From the NCBI RefSeq assembly GCF_009914755.1, contig NC_060935.1: a stretch of DNA of 64,000 nt. One strand, written 5' to 3'. Position 1 is the first letter of the stretch, and the number at the start of each line of letters is the position of its first letter. Below are positions 27,376 through 48,949 of this stretch, in pieces. The notes beneath the pieces are model-generated. The model was not told where the DNA came from and did not search any database. It saw nothing but the letters and a program-made list of their open reading frames with translations. The stretch comes from the human T2T-CHM13v2.0 reference genome, Homo sapiens. The position numbers and the translations under genes are program-made.

Positions 27376-29500
27376 ACAAATACCCAACTGGAATATAATT
27401 CTTGTGCTGAATCACAGCTATCATAACATCAACGATTCACATTTTTGAAAGTGAACATTGCTTTCTGGATGACCACAACATCATGTGGGCCTATTCATTT
27501 CCCTAGTAATGCCACCTTGTGACATCACTAAGGGCATAATGTCTGTATCTATACAGTGAGCCTCTCATATGCAGAATAAGGCAACATTTTCAAGCAAAAC
27601 CTGAAATTTTGTGGCACAGCACCTGGTGAGACTGTGGGTTTGACAAATATCTCACCACTTTATCATCAAGTTAAACATTATTCTTTTTTATTAAAGCTTA
27701 ATAATTAAAGCTTAATTCTGCAAGTGAAATTTATATATACTGCTTTATTAGTACATATATGACACTTTGTTTTCAAACATTGCCATAACCTGTTTGAAGG
27801 AACTTGAGCTTCAGGGTTACAAAACTGCTTCTGCTATGATGGAGAAGAGGAGGAAAAAATGCTTAGATAAGAGCAATTTAACTTAAATGGAGGAAGTGGT
27901 GAGTTTTGTTATGTTAGAGGCTCACTGAATCATGAGCAGGTCAAATGTGTCAAATAGCTTCATTGAGAGACTGGTTTTCAATACTCAAAGTTTTTATATA
28001 CTATTAGCTTTGATGGAGAAATTGAAAAGGATTGCCCTACGTCAACAGTGTTGCTTTGTTAAGTGTGCTTTGCAAAGTACAAGTATTTGCCAAGATGGTA
28101 ATAATTAGCAATTACTTTTTGATAGCAGCCTTCTGTTACAAACTTAATTAACATAGAATTTTGAATGCTTGCAGTGTCTATATTGACAAAAGTCCAAAGA
28201 CTTGTTGAGCCAGCTAACTGGGCTTTTTACAATGGCTTTTCAAGATTGCAGATGCCGCCTACAGAGACGACAGTCATATTTGAGGTAACATTGCTCATTC
28301 TTGGAACTCTTTAATCTAATTTTAATTTAGGGAGATTATTCAAACTGGCAAACTGTGTTAAATAATGCATTGATTTATTCTATTACTCAAACTTCAATTA
28401 GCAATAAAAAACACAAAATGAGCAAGAAAAAATAAATTTAATAAATAGCTTAGCAACTTTATTCATTAGTTTCTACCTTCTCTTTCTTCAGTAAATCTTT
28501 TCCTGGAGATAATTTTGATCTGCCTCTTGAGGGCTATGTAGTCAACAGTGAATGGTCCAATGGGTAGCAAATAGAAAAAGCCAAGAGTCTAAAAATTGAC
28601 AAATTACACAATCAATACCCAAAATGTTTATATGTACAAAAATAACATTTGATATTGTTTGAGACCTTTGTGTGTCACCTGTTAAACACTGGAGAGTTAT
28701 TAAAATCCCAGTATTATTTCATAATGTCACACATAAAAATAATTCTGAGTGCTCTTGGAAAATGTTTCTTAAGCCATATTTGAGGGGTTTAGTTACTTCA
28801 CTGGATATTGAACCTTTTGAATAATTCTATTCTAATTCCCTATATTTGGTGTTGTGTGTATGCATATAAGGGGGAACAAACTCACTTTGTTATGAAAATG
28901 TTTTTTGAAAGATGTTTCTCTCTAAAATAAAAAACACTGGAGGAGTCAGTCAAGGAATGTCTAACAGGCTAGTAGCTGAAAAAGCTGAAGTTAGTTGGGA
29001 CTTAAATTGCATGCAAACATTTAGAAATCAACAGTTCATTAAGGAGGTTTGCTTCAAAGTTAAGTACCAGGTATGCTACAAAAGTTTCAAGAAATAAGTT
29101 ATTAGGCATACCTATCAACAATTATGTTCAATTGATAGCCATTGAAATACAAGGACAAAAAAAAGTTATGTCCCAGAAAAATAAATTTCACTCTTCCAGT
29201 CACTTGTTAGGAGCAAAGGTGCATTACCTAAAGCTATCAGGGCTGCAGACAATGCTGTGAAGTTTATCCTAGATATACTACCATCTTTGAAATCAACATA
29301 GCAGTTTTGCTTTGGCTGAAAAAACTACTTTTGGTTAGATACGTGAAGCCAATCATAAATTCCTAAAATTTTTCTCTGAGATGAGATGGTTGGATGAAGG
29401 CTATTTACAATGGCCACTATTTTGCAAACCCATCTTTAAAGAGAAATGCTTCATGAATGTAGCATGGTGAGGACAGGGGAATGACAGGGACCATTGCTAA

Positions 29501-30127
29501 TGTAGGGGTCAATGGAAAGCTTCCCCTTCACCCTCTGAAGTTTTGCTGGAAAATCAACTCACAAAAGGCAGACTATTAGAAAAAAAAAAGGCTTACAAAT
29601 TTATGAATAACATAGCATAAGGGAATCGTAGTAGAATGATTACCCAATAACCAATGAGGTACAGATGATAATATACCCATCTTTTTAGAGGAAAGGAAGA
29701 TGAGAATGTGTGTATAATTTTAAGAGGGTAGTAAATGAATTTTAGGGAAATTCAATGGGCTTGAAGAATATGCAATGGCCTGGGACAAAGTCTGTTGGCC
29801 CTACAGGGCAGACGAGAGTTTGTAACAGAAGGCTGCCAGTTGTATTGACAGACTGCAGTCCTTCTTCCTGAGATATTAGTTCGGTTAATGAAAACTCAGG
29901 AAAGAAACTCTTTTTTTTTTTGTTTGTTTGTTTTTGCCTTTAGTAGTTCTGGACTTTAGGCAGATAAGGGAACTTTAGAGAACAGCTTTATTCTGTGCTA
30001 TGGGAGAGACAAAGGATTGAGAGAGAGGAGCTGGAAGAGAGGGGTATGGTCAGAGAGACCCCCTGGCTTCTTCGGTTTAGCATGTCAAAGCACCATATTT
30101 TGGGAAATTGGTGTCTGAGCTTTAGCA
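29501..30127 (-). mobile_element. ERV1 MER4-group solo LTR (MER67-like)
   Basis: TG...CA termini, 4-bp flanks CTAA/TTAA, motifs aaatcaactcacaaaaggcagacta and caaagcaccatattttggg...tctgagc; subfamily from memory. Confidence 0.7.
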
Positions 30128-30539
30128 TTAAGAACAGACTCTCAGTAACTACTGGCAGTGCAAGGTCCTTTCAGTGATTACTTTTACTAATGTGAACCTA
30201 AAACATTCCAGTGAGGTAGGTAAAAACCTCAGTTAAATGAGTGGAAACAGAATTACAGAAATGTGGAGTTTTGTTTAAGTAAAGGGGAACAAAAAAACGC
30301 AATCCCATCGATTTTGATGCTGACAGTGATTGCGGTATTAGTGATGTTAACAGCTTTAACAGCGGAGCACCCAGGACCAGAAATCATTTCCGAGTCTGAC
30401 GAGTGGGAAATTACAGCAGAGAATCTGGAAGAAGAATAACCAATAGATCAGGAAAAGCAATACTTAAATTCACTTCTGAGCCGAAACTGGGCATTTTGGG
30501 GGATGGGCATGGCAAACAGCAGTAGAGTTCTTTAGGAAA

Positions 30540-31040
30540 AAATTAGGGACGTTTTCAGCAGCTCCCGCCACCTACTATGTCCGGGTTACTGCGGGATCCA
30601 CAGAATGGAAGTTGCCCGCCAACAGGAAGAATGTCTCCTCCCTCTGCAGGGCTTCCTTTCCCCCATCGAGGGCCCCTGGGGACCACAGGTCCCCAGCGGG
30701 TAGGGCGGAGGCGTGGCCTTGCGAAGGTCAGCGGAGGCCACCCAGAGCTCACAGCCTCCTGCCAGCGCGCTCTCTGTTTCTCTGCAGCCCCGAAGCTCGC
30801 GAATGTAGCAGGCGCCCCAAGCTCGGTCCTCAAGAAGCCATGGCGGAATCCAGGGGCCGTCTGTACCTTTGGATGTGCTTGGCTGCTGCGCTGGCATCTT
30901 TCCTGATGGGATTTATGGTGGGTAAGTGAACAAAACACTCTACCCCGACTCCGGGGCTCGTGATTCTCTGCAGAGATAAAGGGAGAAATCCTGGAGCTGG
31001 AAGGGATTGGGCTGTGCGCTAGCCCTGGCCGGCTGGGCTA
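30540..31040 (+). promoter_or_regulatory. GC/CpG-enriched TATA-less NAALAD2 promoter and first-exon region
   Basis: Sharp local rise in GC and CpG around the ATG in an AT-rich window; GC box GGGCGG 30703-30708; CCCGCC motifs near 30564 and 30615. Confidence 0.75.
30840..30921 (+). CDS. NAALAD2: NAALAD2 coding exon 1 (short cytoplasmic tail + type II transmembrane anchor)
   Basis: GCC-ATG-G Kozak at 30840; [27 protein letters not shown](G) matches the recalled GCPIII N-terminus; donor G|GTAAGT at 30922; 82 nt. Confidence 0.97.
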
Positions 31041-31639
31041 GATATGATAAACTCTGCACATTTCAGCAAAACTAGAAACCAGATGGAATGTATTTTGGGC
31101 TTGCTAATAGATAAAGTGTGCTTGAAATTCAAATTTATTAAATGTTCACTGAGTTCACTAAAGACAACCTACAGCTGTCACTGTCTGCAGGGATGAAAAA
31201 AAATCGTTTTATTTCCAAGCAACATTAGTGAGTCAAAACTTTCAACTAATACGGGCAGCATTAAAAACAAAGCAAAACGAAACAAAGCAAAACAAAACCC
31301 TGCTCTATACGTAAATAAATATTTGTGGAATGTTCCCTATGTGTCAGGGACTAGAGATCCAGGGAAGAACAACAAAAGCCATGCCTTCATGCATAACGTG
31401 AGAAAATGAAAGAGCTTCTCTTAAATAAAACTCCTTTTAAGCATCTAAAAATTATATTACATATCAGAATTTACAGGTTTTCTGCATTTAATATAAACAT
31501 TATTTTTTAAAGCTCACCATGATCTACTTGTCAGATAAAGGCTTTTTGGGGGGAAGGACAGAGGGGTGGCTTCTAGTTTTAATAAAGTCAAAGTGATTTT
31601 GTGTGTATGTGTGCATGTTTGTGTATTTTTTTTCCTTAG

Positions 31640-31751
31640 GCTGGTTTATTAAGCCTCTCAAAGAAACGACCACTTCTGTGCGCTATCATCAAAGTATACG
31701 GTGGAAACTGGTATCCGAAATGAAAGCTGAAAACATCAAATCATTTCTTCG
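31640..31751 (+). CDS. NAALAD2: NAALAD2 exon 2
   Basis: Acceptor ttttttttccttag; (G)[36 protein letters not shown](R); donor CG|GTAAGT; 112 nt, phase consistent. Confidence 0.97.
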
Positions 31752-32354
31752 GTAAGTTTATTTTACGTATTTGATCTTAAAAATCATGTTTAAAATATCA
31801 CAGTGAGAAGCATATTATACCTGGTTATATGCATGAGGACAGTCTTCTCTGTGTGAAATTACATATTAGTCATCAACTTTTTTTTTTTTTTTAATGTCTC
31901 TTTACACCAGTCTTGGGGTGAAAAAGTAGGTCTTTCTTCCCTAACTTTATGTAACAAAAAGTATCTGGTTGGCTTATTGAGAGATGTTTCAACTTCATGT
32001 AACTTTGGATCTAACTGAATGTTATTCTTTGTTCATCAGTGCCTGGGTTTTAATCAGCAATTTTCTTAGATACCATATTCTGTCAGGGAAAGTTAGATGA
32101 TGGTTGACTAAGTGATTTAGTGGAAAAGTGATCAAAGTGTCTGATTCTGTCTGCCAAAAGTTAAACCTTTATCCCATCTTGCAGGTATAAATTTGTTTTT
32201 TACAAATAAGACAAAATGAAACCAAAAAGAATCATTGCCATTCCTCCAGCTTCTAACCATGAAAAACAGTGGAAATTGGGGGAGTGATCATAAACTCCTT
32301 AAGAACAATGGCCATGGTATTTATTTCTGTATTCAGACTCTTTCAAATGGGTGT

Positions 32355-39750
<7,396 letters not shown>

Positions 39751-39800
39751 TTAAACCCTACAGACAGATACACTGAGCGAAGTACATACACTACAGTTAA

Positions 39801-39953
39801 CAGACAATCCCTGACTTATGATGGTTTGATTTAGAATTTTTCAACTTTATGATGGATTTATCAGGGTATTAAATGCATTTTCAATTTAGTAATATGTTTG
39901 ACTTTCAATGCGTTTATAGGAACATAACCTCACCATAAGTTGAGTAGTATCTC
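39801..39953. mobile_element. Tigger-derived MITE (MER47/Tigger5-like)
   Basis: cagacaatccctgacttatgatggt ... ccataagttgagtagtatct, imperfect terminal inverted repeats. Confidence 0.6.
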
Positions 39954-40539
39954 TATTTTCTACCCATCTGTGCTGTTGATGAGATCACAAGGTTCCATGT
40001 TAGTGTCTATGGATGAACTCGAGTGAGCTATTGTAATGAGGAATAAATCAGCTATAATGTTCTTATTAAATTTCAGCTTATGTATTATCAAGGCACATCA
40101 GATATCAAGAGATTAGTTCAAAATGTCTGTTGTGAGGTGCTTTTTTGATGATACAGGAAAAGAATGAGTAGGAATGAACATCACTTGAAGAGAGATACAC
40201 ATACAAAAATTACACACCAAGAATGATGACAAGAACAGGGATAGAGGGAAATACACCATATTAGGAGCCCCCAACTTTAATGAATGAAGAGGCATGACTC
40301 AAAGTTTTGTAGATGACAGTACATACCTAGAAGGTGTAGTGGGTGGTGACTTTTGTTGTAAGCTTCAAAAAAGCTGTTAGTTTTTAAAGAAGATAAAAGA
40401 GATATATTTGAAAGAGCCAGTGGAGAGTAAGAAGGCCTCCTAGCTGAATTTTAGCCATGAGCTATATGGGATCATGGAAAATAAAACAGCCGGCATGTGA
40501 GCAGGGTCCTCAGAGGAAACCAGTTAAGACAAGGAGGTT

Positions 40540-40857
<318 letters not shown>

Positions 40858-41699
40858 TCAAGGAAACATTCAGAGAAGGTGCTGAAGATATAAGCGAATA
40901 GTTGATTGCAGAGCTAAAGGGTTAATGAACACAGCAGAAGAGTTTAGAAGGCAAAGGAGGGCTTGAAGAGTGGGTTAAAGGGCTTAAATGTGGGAACAAT
41001 TGTATTTCTCCCAGCCACTTTCTTTTTAACAGAGCCTCAACTTTGAGTGTTCTCCCTCTCTCAGGAGGGTATGTGTTCAGTAAAGGTTACCTTCCTCCCA
41101 GCCCAGGAATCTCTTGATTAGTCCATAAGCCAATCATTACCCTCCCTCTAGCAATGGTTGATTTGAGAAGGGGTAAATGACCCTATTTTGCCTAATGAAA
41201 TGGGAGAAAAACTTGGCTAAGATCTTCTAGAAAAATGTTCCTTTGTTAAACACAAAAGAAGGAATAGTTGTTCTAGTTTGTACTTGTTTCTCCTGAAGTT
41301 ACTGGGTGAATATGTATGCCTGGCGCTGTAATGCCCATCTTGGGACCATACAGAGAAACCCTGATATAAAATAAAGGATGTTCTACCTTCCTACTCTTTT
41401 TCTGTACTTCTCTATTTCATTTCAGGGGGTTCTTGAAAAGATGGGAGGCAAAAAAGTTCATGGCTAATCCTCCCTCCTAATTTAAGGAAATATATATATT
41501 TTTTCTAATTGCAAGAATCATATCTGCTCTATGTAGAAACAAAAATAATGAATTGTATAAAGTAGAAATTAAATATCTCTAGCTGTTTTGCTTTTTTATT
41601 CCTATACATATAAAATAACTTCTGTCTGAACACATTTGTACTTTTAAAAAATAAATATGGTAAGAAATTAAACATCTGATACCTGCAGTTTTCATTTTC

Positions 41700-42330
41700 T
41701 GATATAGAGAAAGACATCTTCTGAGAGAAGATGATGCTTGAAGAGTCCTTATGGATGATTAATAGTTTGCAGATGAGAAAGGAGAGTGATTAGAAGTGGT
41801 GATAGAGGGAGATTCAGGTAGATGGGACAATATTTTTGGTTGAGATAAGACATTGTGCAAAGGCTAAAAGGTATTAAAGATCATAATCATTTTATGAGAA
41901 AAATAAGTATACTCAGTGACAGAGAGTAGAGGAATTTATAAGAGAGTGATGTGGAATTAACCTGAAAAGACAGAAGACAGGACCTAACCTAAAAGTGCTT
42001 TAGATGCCATGTTGGAGTGTGGACTTTCTAATGCAGGGTACAGGGAGTTGTAGAAGAGTTTTAAGCACATGGGTAATAACAGCAGATGAATTATTTAGAA
42101 ATATCACTATTTCTCAGGATCGGGTAACTACAATTTTGGATTCCAGTTCCAGCATTTATTAGCTGTAAAATTATGAGTAGATTATTCAGTCACTCTGTCA
42201 GTCTCCTCATTTGCAAAATGGGGATGACAGAAGAAGGATTGTGATGATTAAATGAGAAAACACATGTGAAAGTGAATGTAGAGTGCTTGTCATACAACAG
42301 GTTTTCAATACATGTTAATTTCCTTCTACT
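41700..42330. mobile_element. L2 fragment followed by MIR
   Basis: L2-like purine-rich tract; MIR core tcagtctcctcatttgcaaaatggggat. Confidence 0.6.
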
Positions 42331-42422
42331 GCTGTATATTTTGTGGCTGTCATCCGGTTAACTAAAAAAAAAAAAAAATTAAAAAAGGGTTTATTTTTGT
42401 TCTACTGATGGTGGGGGAGTTT

Positions 42423-42815
<393 letters not shown>

Positions 42816-43410
42816 TAAATGTTACAACTCATTTACATCCAAAACCAAGAGAACACTGCCCAAATTAAATTCAGCAAGCCTGTACATTTTGGGTAAAAGG
42901 CAAGAACTAAGCACTAGGGGATATGAAAAATAAAAATGCATGGACTTTGAGATCAATGAGATAAATAAGCAACTGCATACATGATACAATCAACAGTAGA
43001 AATATATAAGATAAACATGGAAGTGCCCAAGTGGTCCCTGCGAGAGGTTAAGATCTATTTTTTTTTTCCAAAATGTCTCTGTTCTCTGACAAACAGCAAA
43101 AAGGAACATTATTGGTATAGAAGTATGACATTCTTCCAGGGTGTCATCTCATATCTGAGCCTTTGCTGATTGTATCTACCATGAAATGTGTTCTTTTCTG
43201 AGGAAGCATAATATGAAAACTGCAGTTGTACACAAATAACTTAAAAATTGGCCTATCTAGAAACTGGTAGCATTAGCTGTGTTTCTTTTATCTGTCATAT
43301 AGGAATGACAACTTAATGCCCAATGCATAAGTAGTGCATTTAGAATAGTTCTTAGGCACATCGTCTGAGCATAGTCTTTAATGCCCTCTTATGTTTTATT
43401 TTCATTTTAG

Positions 43411-43597
43411 TTCTTTTACAAAGCTTCCTCATCTGGCAGGAACAGAACAAAATTTCTTGCTTGCCAAGAAAATCCAAACCCAGTGGAAGAAATTTGGACT
43501 AGATTCAGCCAAGTTGGTTCATTATGATGTCCTCTTATCTTACCCCAATGAGACAAATGCCAACTATATATCGATTGTGGATGAACATGAAACTGAG
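43411..43597 (+). CDS. NAALAD2: NAALAD2 exon 3
   Basis: Acceptor ttcattttag; [62 protein letters not shown]; donor GAG|GTATGT; 187 nt. Confidence 0.97.
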
Positions 43598-43689
43598 GTA
43601 TGTGAAATTGTTGGTACTTTTTATATTTTGCAATCCGACCGTTTTATGTGGATTGTAATGTAGGGTCAAGTAAAAGTAGAAATTTGTTA

Positions 43690-44830
43690 ATAGTGAATTA
43701 TTCAGTATCCACTATGTGTTCGACATGGTGTTAAGTCCTGAGGCCAGAATAAGACTAAGGCATGGTTCCTTTGCCTAAGTAAGTTGAGGCAGACAATGGA
43801 ATACTTCAGACCTCAAATTAGTATGGTAAGTGCTATGAAGATTATGATTAGAATTCATTATTTACCCAGAAAAGGGTCACTCAGCCCAGCCTGGGAGTTA
43901 GACAATGTTTCCTGAAGTCTTGACACGTGAGTCATGAAAGGACATAGGAGTTAACCATGTGACAAAATAAGCTAAGAAAATTCTCAACAAAAGACAAAAT
44001 ATTGGCAAATGCTTGGAGGCATATACTAGCCTAGTTTTATTGGGAGAATGTAATGATTTTCTGTATTTCAAAAGTGTAAAATATGAAGTAGGCCACGATA
44101 TGAGATAAACCAGTAAATATGTTCTGGGAACAGATCATAGAAGGGCGTGTATGCTGTCCTAGGGAGCTTAAACTTCAACTTCAGTTCACGGGAGCCAATG
44201 ACAAGTCCTGAGCAGGGGAAGGATGTGGCTAGAGGGGCATTTTAGATAGACAACGTCCTCTATGGATCACACCTAGGCTAAGCAACGGGTTAAAGTTGTT
44301 GTCTTAAGACAATAGTCCAGGTAAAAGATAATAAAGTTTTAAATTAGGATGTTAGTAGGAATGAGGATGAGGGATGGATTTCAGAAATAGTAAGGAAATG
44401 TATTAGCAGGACTTGATTAGTGATTGACTTGGGGAAGGAGGGGAAGATAGAGTTCAGGATGACTCCGAGACTGTCTGGTGTGGGTGGCTAATGACTGAAG
44501 CTATTAATAGAGGTAGGAAATGCAGATCAAAAGCAGGCCCAGGGTGAGAGATGATAAATTTGAATTTTAACATGTTGAGTTTGGACATCCAGGATGAAAT
44601 AACCACCAAACATTTAAATATATGAATCTGAAAAGGTAAGCATCATAAGCATATTAGCTATTGGTAAAATTCTGATACTTAATGAAGTGTCGCAGGGAGG
44701 GAGTACAGAGGCAAGCAATGGGCTGGGGATAAAACATGGGGAAATATTATTTAAATAAAGATGAAAGAAAAGGAGCCCACAAAGGAAGCTGAAAAGGCAT
44801 AGTCAAAAAAAAGAGGATCACCAAAGTGCC
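43690..44830 (-). mobile_element. L2 element in intron 3
   Basis: ccactatgtg...gcatggttcctttgcct, tttaacatgttgagtttgga typical of L2. Confidence 0.7.
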
Positions 44831-45086
44831 ACCTTTGAAGCTCTGCTGTTACACTTTATAAGGAAACTTTTGGTTACCTGGGATTGCATGCATTTATAAA
44901 AGTTTCTATTGTTAGGAAGACAATAATAATGATAAGGCTCTTTCTCATTGTTGTCAGTGTAATTTATCTATTACAGAACCTTGTTCCAGGATGCTTAATC
45001 TGAAGTATATACTTGGAGGCAAAATGAATTATATCTTAATAATAATCTGGAATTTTTCTAACTTGACATATTTTAATTCTTGCTAG

Positions 45087-45188
45087 ATTTTCAAAACATC
45101 ATACCTTGAACCACCACCAGATGGCTATGAGAATGTTACAAATATTGTGCCACCATATAATGCTTTCTCAGCCCAAGGCATGCCAGAG
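45087..45188 (+). CDS. NAALAD2: NAALAD2 exon 4
   Basis: Acceptor ttcttgctag; [34 protein letters not shown]; donor GAG|GTAAAA; 102 nt. Confidence 0.96.
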
Positions 45189-45476
45189 GTAAAATAAAAT
45201 ACTTTTGTAATCCAAGTCTTTAAATGGTTCTTTTGCTATGTAAAACCTGTATGGAGGACTAAAACCAAGGAAATTAGGTGAATCATTCATGCGGGTTCCT
45301 TGTTTGATATTCAGTACTATGAAAACCTCATCCCTCAAATTAAAAAAATTACAATAAAATAAAATAGAAAAGAACACCAGAGAAAAAAGAAACAAAACAA
45401 ATACATTAAAAACTGACCCTGCTGAAGCAGTTGCCACTCTCTGAAATAACAAACTGCTGAACATGCCTTTCAGTGA

Positions 45477-45861
<385 letters not shown>

Positions 45862-46050
45862 TGAATATTTTATGGATTCATAGATAGGATTTTATAGATC
45901 ATACCATAGAGGTTCTTAAATTAATGCAATGGTTGGAAATTAAATAAATATAGTTAGGATCTTTAAAATGACATTTATTTACTCTATTCCCTGTGGCTTT
46001 GTATACACTGATGATTTCTTCAACACAGGACATGCTGTTTAGATATGTCT

Positions 46051-46355
46051 GGCTGGGTGTGGTGGCTCACACCTGTAATCCCAGCACTTTAGGAGGTTGA
46101 GGCGGGCAGATCTTTGGAGGTCAGGAGTTCAAGACCAGACTGGCCAACATGGTGAAACCCATCTCTACTGTTAAAAAATACAAAAATTATCTGGGCATGG
46201 TGGCGCATGTCTGTAATCACAGCTACTCTGGCAGCTGAGGCAGAATCACTTGAACTCAGAAGGTGGAGGAGGTTGCAGTGAGCCGAGGGAGTGCTACTGC
46301 ACTCCAGCCTGGGTGACAGTGAAATTCCGTCTCAAAAATAATAAATAAATAAATA
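46051..46355 (+). mobile_element. AluS element
   Basis: Full dimer, (TAAA)n tail. Confidence 0.92.
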
Positions 46356-46562
46356 ACTCTTATACATTGTCGTTTTTTAAACTTTTCAGGATTTTAAAAG
46401 ATTCTCTAATGAATTCTGCATAATTACTGTGGGTCTGTTTATTACTCCCCAAATAAAGAAAGGAAACACTTTTGATGATGTAGTATTGTGAAGCAAACTT
46501 ATTTTTTGTTTTTTTTTTTCTTTAATTTTAGCAGTATTATATATATTTTCTTTTCCCTATAG

Positions 46563-46688
46563 GGAGATCTTGTATATGTGAACTATGCTCGCACTGAAGA
46601 CTTTTTCAAACTAGAAAGAGAGATGGGCATCAACTGTACTGGGAAGATTGTTATTGCAAGATATGGAAAAATCTTCAGAGGAAATAAA
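46563..46688 (+). CDS. NAALAD2: NAALAD2 exon 5 (PA/apical domain)
   Basis: Acceptor ttttccctatag; [42 protein letters not shown] (motifs typical of PSMA/TfR-family PA domain); donor AAA|GTACAG; 126 nt. Confidence 0.97.
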
Positions 46689-47169
46689 GTACAGTATTAT
46701 TTGTTTTTCTACAGAGAATGAGAGGATATATATATTCTGTAAATGTAAATGACCAACTTGCTTCTCTGTTTCCAAATTGCTTTCAAACATTTCTTTTCTT
46801 TTTTTCTTCCTATTTGCCATGGGTACACGGAAACTCATGTTTTTATGTTTTCTTACATACCTGGAAAAGGAGATTATTTTGAATCATTTTTATTATAAAA
46901 GTAATATTTGCTTTTAGAAATTTAATTGAAGGAAATTTATATAAAGTAAAAAATGAAAAGCTTCTCTGCATTACCCACTTCATTATTCAGATATAATCAA
47001 TCTTAATAGCTTTTTTCAAACCTAATTCTGTGACATATAAATACATCTGTCCCTATATGTCCATTTTACATATATTTATTTATTTACTTTTACATTGTAT
47101 ATTATAAGACTTTATTTTTTTTCATTCAGCCATGACTCATATTCTTCATGTCCACATGTTGAGAGTTAT

Positions 47170-47410
47170 GTAATACATTGGTTAAGAGTATAGAACCCTA
47201 GATCCATATCACCTGGGTTCTTGTCTAGTCTGGCTCCTATTCTTTCTAGATCTTTTACTGTGAGCATGTTACTTAACTTCTCTGTTGCAAAGTTTCCTCA
47301 CATATAAAATGCGAATGACGAGGGCACCAATCTCATAGAGTCCTTATTGAATGACTTTGTTTGAAAGCACTTAGGAAAGTGGCTGGTACTTAGTAATTTC
47401 TATATAACTG
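47170..47410 (+). mobile_element. MIR
   Basis: ggttaagagtata...ttacttaacttctctg...agtttcctcacatataaaatg. Confidence 0.7.
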
Positions 47411-48378
47411 CTTATTAATTACCTCAGTATTTTAAATGATGGCATCATATTTCACAGAATTGATAAGCCATTTATTTAACCATTCCGCTACTGACGATGT
47501 TTGTCTCATCTTGAATTTGTTACTATTACAAATAATTTAATTGTGAACATCTTTGTCCATATATGCTCCAGAAATTTGTGTGAAGATTATTGTAGTATAG
47601 ATTCATAGAAATTAAATGGCTAAATAATAGTGTATATTCTTTCAAAATTTTGATAGACATCATCAATTTTCCTTCAAAAAGTTGTGACAGATTATACTCT
47701 TAGTGATATAACAGGGTGTTCTCTAAATATTGGAATGCATTTTTATGAATCAAGACTGTTATCCATCTTCTGCTACAATACTTTTGGTGAAGAAGAATTT
47801 AGTATCTCACAGGGTACATTTTCCTATTTTTGGCCAGTTTGGATTGTTAGAAAGATGTTTACAAAAACCCTGGGCTGTTTTTCACAAATATGACTGCTCT
47901 GCATACAATTTTAAATGAGTTTAGTTCCATAAATATTTGTAGAATGCTTACTCTATGATGTGCGAGATTTTACAGGGCAGTAGTTTAAAATTAAGAACAC
48001 ATGGTTCAAGTTTTCAAAAACACCCTCAGCCTAATAGGAGAGATAGATATTTAATAGATGTTTTAATACATTAAGAGCTATCCTATAATATAGAAAATAT
48101 AGAACTACAAAGAAGGGACATGAATTCTACAGTTGCAGGTTGTAATAGGAATGTTTCACAGAAGAAATGATAACTCGTTTAGATTTCCATGGAATAATGG
48201 AAGTCTGTTAGGTCTAATAGGTGGGAAATTGTGTTCAAAGCCAAGAGAACTGAATGTGTAATTGTATGGTAAAAGGCAGTGTCTAAATATCCTTCCATTA
48301 TTAAATTAATGTCTTTCTTATATGAATAAGCCAACCATTTGCCATATCTGCATTATGAATTGCACATTGCCCCTGCAG

Positions 48379-48565
48379 GTTAAAAATGCCATGTTAGCAG
48401 GAGCCATAGGAATCATCTTGTACTCAGATCCAGCTGACTACTTTGCTCCTGAGGTACAGCCATATCCCAAAGGATGGAATCTTCCTGGAACTGCAGCCCA
48501 GAGAGGAAATGTGTTAAATTTGAATGGTGCTGGTGACCCACTCACTCCAGGCTATCCAGCAAAAG
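48379..48565 (+). CDS. NAALAD2: NAALAD2 exon 6
   Basis: Acceptor gcccctgcag; [62 protein letters not shown]; donor G|GTAAGG; 187 nt. Confidence 0.97.
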
Positions 48566-48949
48566 GTAAGGGATGAGCCTATCAGTCCACCAATTTTGCA
48601 AAAATACTCCTTGCCCTTTTAGAAGGAATACAAGCAAGCATGTTCAGAATAATATTAAACTAAAATTGAGTACACTTATATCATTTTGGATTACTGCTGC
48701 TAGGAATTTTAAAACATTTGCTCTTGTATTATTTTAGTTTTAAATTTTCATGAGATGTCGGCATGGGGAGTAAACACTCAGTTCATACTCTCCTTCTTCC
48801 TTTATTAGAGTTCAGAAATACTGATCCTCATACCTAAAGTAATGCTCCTTTTAACAAATGACAATTTAGGTTTGCTGAATTACCGATAGATTGTATTTTT
48901 AAAAATACAATAGATAGATTGAATTATCGATAGATTGTATTTTTGAATT

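Noticed and set aside
30555-30938. Overlapping 103-127 aa ORFs on both strands, including an in-frame N-terminal extension from TTG 30612
   Set aside because: Expected from GC richness; they start upstream of the GC box and probable TSS; ATG 30840 has the Kozak context and the known N-terminus.
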